This document shows, piece after piece, positions 62,433-64,000 of a stretch of DNA of 64,000 nucleotides. Each line of letters begins with the position of its first letter. Positions within the stretch are counted from its first letter, which is position 1. This DNA comes from Pseudomonadota bacterium. Lineage in GTDB: Bacteria > Pseudomonadota > Gammaproteobacteria > Burkholderiales > Burkholderiaceae_C. A program made the translations under genes and the position numbers. The stretch spans positions 8,005 through 72,004 of the forward strand of contig JBEEJZ010000027.1 of assembly GCA_041168905.1 (NCBI GenBank), written 5' to 3'. A model generated the notes under the pieces. That model made no database searches. It saw only the letters and a program-made list of their open reading frames with translations, and was not told the DNA's origin.

Positions 62433-63350
62433 ATGAACACCCGCACCCGAACAGCCTGGCTGTTTTTGACCCCGATGATTGTGCTGATGGCTGCTGTCGC
62501 CTTGTGGCCACTGGCGCGATCCATCTGGTTCAGCCTGACTGACGCCAACATCAACGATCTGGCGGCGGCCCAGTTCGTGGGGCTGGAAAACTACTTTGGT
62601 GAGTTTGGCCTGTTCTTCAATGAGAATAACACCGAGGGTTTTTGGCTGAGTGACTGGGGCAATTCCATCCTCAACACCTTCAAGTTTTCGGTCGTATCGG
62701 TCATTTTTGAGACGCTCATCGGTTTGGCCGTAGCCATGCTGCTGAACCAGGAATTCAAGGGACGAGCGTTGGTGCGTACCGCCGTTTTGGTGCCCTGGGC
62801 CATCCCCACCATCGTGTCTGCCAAGATGTTTGGATGGATGCTCCACGACCAGTTTGGCGTGCTGAACCACTACATGCTCAACCTGGGCATCATTTCCGAA
62901 AAAATGGCCTGGACAGCCGACCCCTCCTATGCACTGTGGACCGTGGTCGCTGTAGACGTCTGGAAAACCACCCCGTTCATGGCGCTGCTCATATTGGCCG
63001 CCATGCAGACCCTGCCCAAAGACTGTTACGAGGCCGCCAAGGTCGACGGCGTGCACCCCCTGCGCGTATTTCTGAAAGTCACGGTCCCTCTGATCTGGCC
63101 CGCGATGATGGTTGCCGTGGTGTTCCGTCTGTTGGACGCGCTGCGCGTGTTCGACCTGATCTACGTCCTGACCAGCAGCAACAACAGCACGATCAGCATG
63201 TCTGGCTTTGTGCGCCGTGAAATGGTGGACAACGGCAACATGGGTTTTGGCTCTGCCGCGTCAACCTCCTTGTTTCTGATCATTTTGCTGACTGCCGTGC
63301 TTTTTTTACGTGCAGCACGTGTGCGCTTTACTGAGGAGTCCCATTCATGA
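62433..63350 (+). CDS. Sugar ABC transporter permease (MalF-like)
   Basis: Start at MNTRTRTAWLFLTPMIVLMAAVALWP. EAA-type loop YEAAKVDGVHPLRVF. Confidence 0.88.
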   Translation: MNTRTRTAWLFLTPMIVLMAAVALWPLARSIWFSLTDANINDLAAAQFVGLENYFGEFGLFFNENNTEGFWLSDWGNSILNTFKFSVVSVIFETLIGLAVAMLLNQEFKGRALVRTAVLVPWAIPTIVSAKMFGWMLHDQFGVLNHYMLNLGIISEKMAWTADPSYALWTVVAVDVWKTTPFMALLILAAMQTLPKDCYEAAKVDGVHPLRVFLKVTVPLIWPAMMVAVVFRLLDALRVFDLIYVLTSSNNSTISMSGFVRREMVDNGNMGFGSAASTSLFLIILLTAVLFLRAARVRFTEESHS

Positions 63351-64000
63351 ACTACCGTCCACTTTGGGGCAATATCGTTATTTACAGCTTGGCCGCCTTG
63401 CTGGTGGTCATCTGCACCTACCCCCTGTTCTACGCGATCTCTACCTCCCTCAAATCCGGCACCGCGCTGTTTGATGCCGAGTTCATCCCTTCAGCCGCCA
63501 GCATTTCCAACTATGTGGCCTTGTTTGAGGGGCACCAGCCTTTTGGGCGGCACATCCTGAATTCGGTCATGGTGTCAACCCTGGTGGTGGTGCTGTCCCT
63601 GGCGATCAGCATTACGGCCTCCTATGCGCTCGGCCGCATCCAGTTCAAGGGCAAGGGCCTGTTGCTCATGACCATTTTGGGTGTCTCCATGTTTCCGCAG
63701 GTGGCGGTGTTGTCGGGTATGTTCGAGTTGATCCGGGCGCTGGGCCTGTACAACAAGGCCATCGGCCTGCTCGTGCCCTACACCGTGTTTACCCTGCCAT
63801 TCACGGTGTGGGTGCTGACCACCTTCATGCGCCAGCTGCCCAAAGAACTGGAAGAGGCCGCCATCATGGATGGTTGCTCGCCACTGCGCATCGTGACCAG
63901 CGTGTTCTTGCCACTGCTGTGGCCAGCTTTGGTCTCTACGGGTTTGCTGGCGTTCATCGGCGCCTGGAACGAGTTTCTGTTTGCACTCACCTTTTCCATC
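63347..64000 (+). CDS. Sugar ABC transporter permease (MalG-like), truncated by the right edge
   Basis: Not in the ORF track (no stop in window). My translation from ATG 63347 (ATGA overlap with the previous gene) reads MNYRPLWGNIVIYSLAALLVV...ELEEAAIMDGCSPLRIVTSVFLPLLWPAL... Confidence 0.85.
   Translation, partial: MNYRPLWGNIVIYSLAALLVVICTYPLFYAISTSLKSGTALFDAEFIPSAASISNYVALFEGHQPFGRHILNSVMVSTLVVVLSLAISITASYALGRIQFKGKGLLLMTILGVSMFPQVAVLSGMFELIRALGLYNKAIGLLVPYTVFTLPFTVWVLTTFMRQLPKELEEAAIMDGCSPLRIVTSVFLPLLWPALVSTGLLAFIGAWNEFLFALTFSI

Noticed and set aside
1-64000. Search for integrases, transposases, tRNA/rRNA genes, CRISPR arrays, or canonical defence/secretion gene sets
   Set aside because: None recognised by eye in any frame or intergenic region. 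The accessory elements present (hipBA remnant, fic, phd/relE, the lipoprotein cassette) have no associated mobility genes within the window.

Overview
Visibly high-GC, gene-dense chromosomal window. Bug-family and TRAP binding proteins, many LysR regulators and the pathway content suggest a Burkholderiales/Comamonadaceae-type betaproteobacterium (inference only). I support about 58 CDS, 1 pseudogene and several regulatory sites or repeats. I found no rRNA, tRNA, CRISPR array, integrase or transposase.

Core content, left to right:
- Housekeeping: dsbA, a SPOR protein, argS.
- A GT2 / GtrA / GT-C(ArnT-like) periplasmic glycosylation trio.
- DUF1501/DUF1800 and LemA/GIDE gene pairs.
- AsnC regulator with ornithine cyclodeaminase.
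- A quinate/shikimate-to-protocatechuate module with a TRAP transporter.
- The gcl-hyi-glxR-ttuD glyoxylate operon, a lone glcF, and glcB.
- A fused LigAB/gallate-type dioxygenase.
- A self-sufficient P450-reductase-ferredoxin fusion.
- A PQQ alcohol dehydrogenase / cytochrome c / MxaJ-like cluster.
- A photolyase-related four-gene operon.
- A LacI-controlled sugar ABC system that runs off the right edge.

Accessory or unusual content:
- A lower-GC cassette encoding a 1168-aa repeat-rich lipoprotein plus a beta-barrel outer-membrane protein, next to an XRE regulator.
- A 1.08-kb hipBA mini-island bracketed by 68-bp direct repeats, with an internally deleted hipA.
- A Fic protein whose catalytic His is replaced by Gln.
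- A Phd/RelE toxin-antitoxin pair.

I found no canonical phage-defence or secretion system. The best candidates for something undescribed are the lipoprotein/OMP(/GT-C) cassette and the photolyase-like operon, which includes an apparently domain-permuted member. All functional calls rest on motif recognition by eye, with no database searches run.
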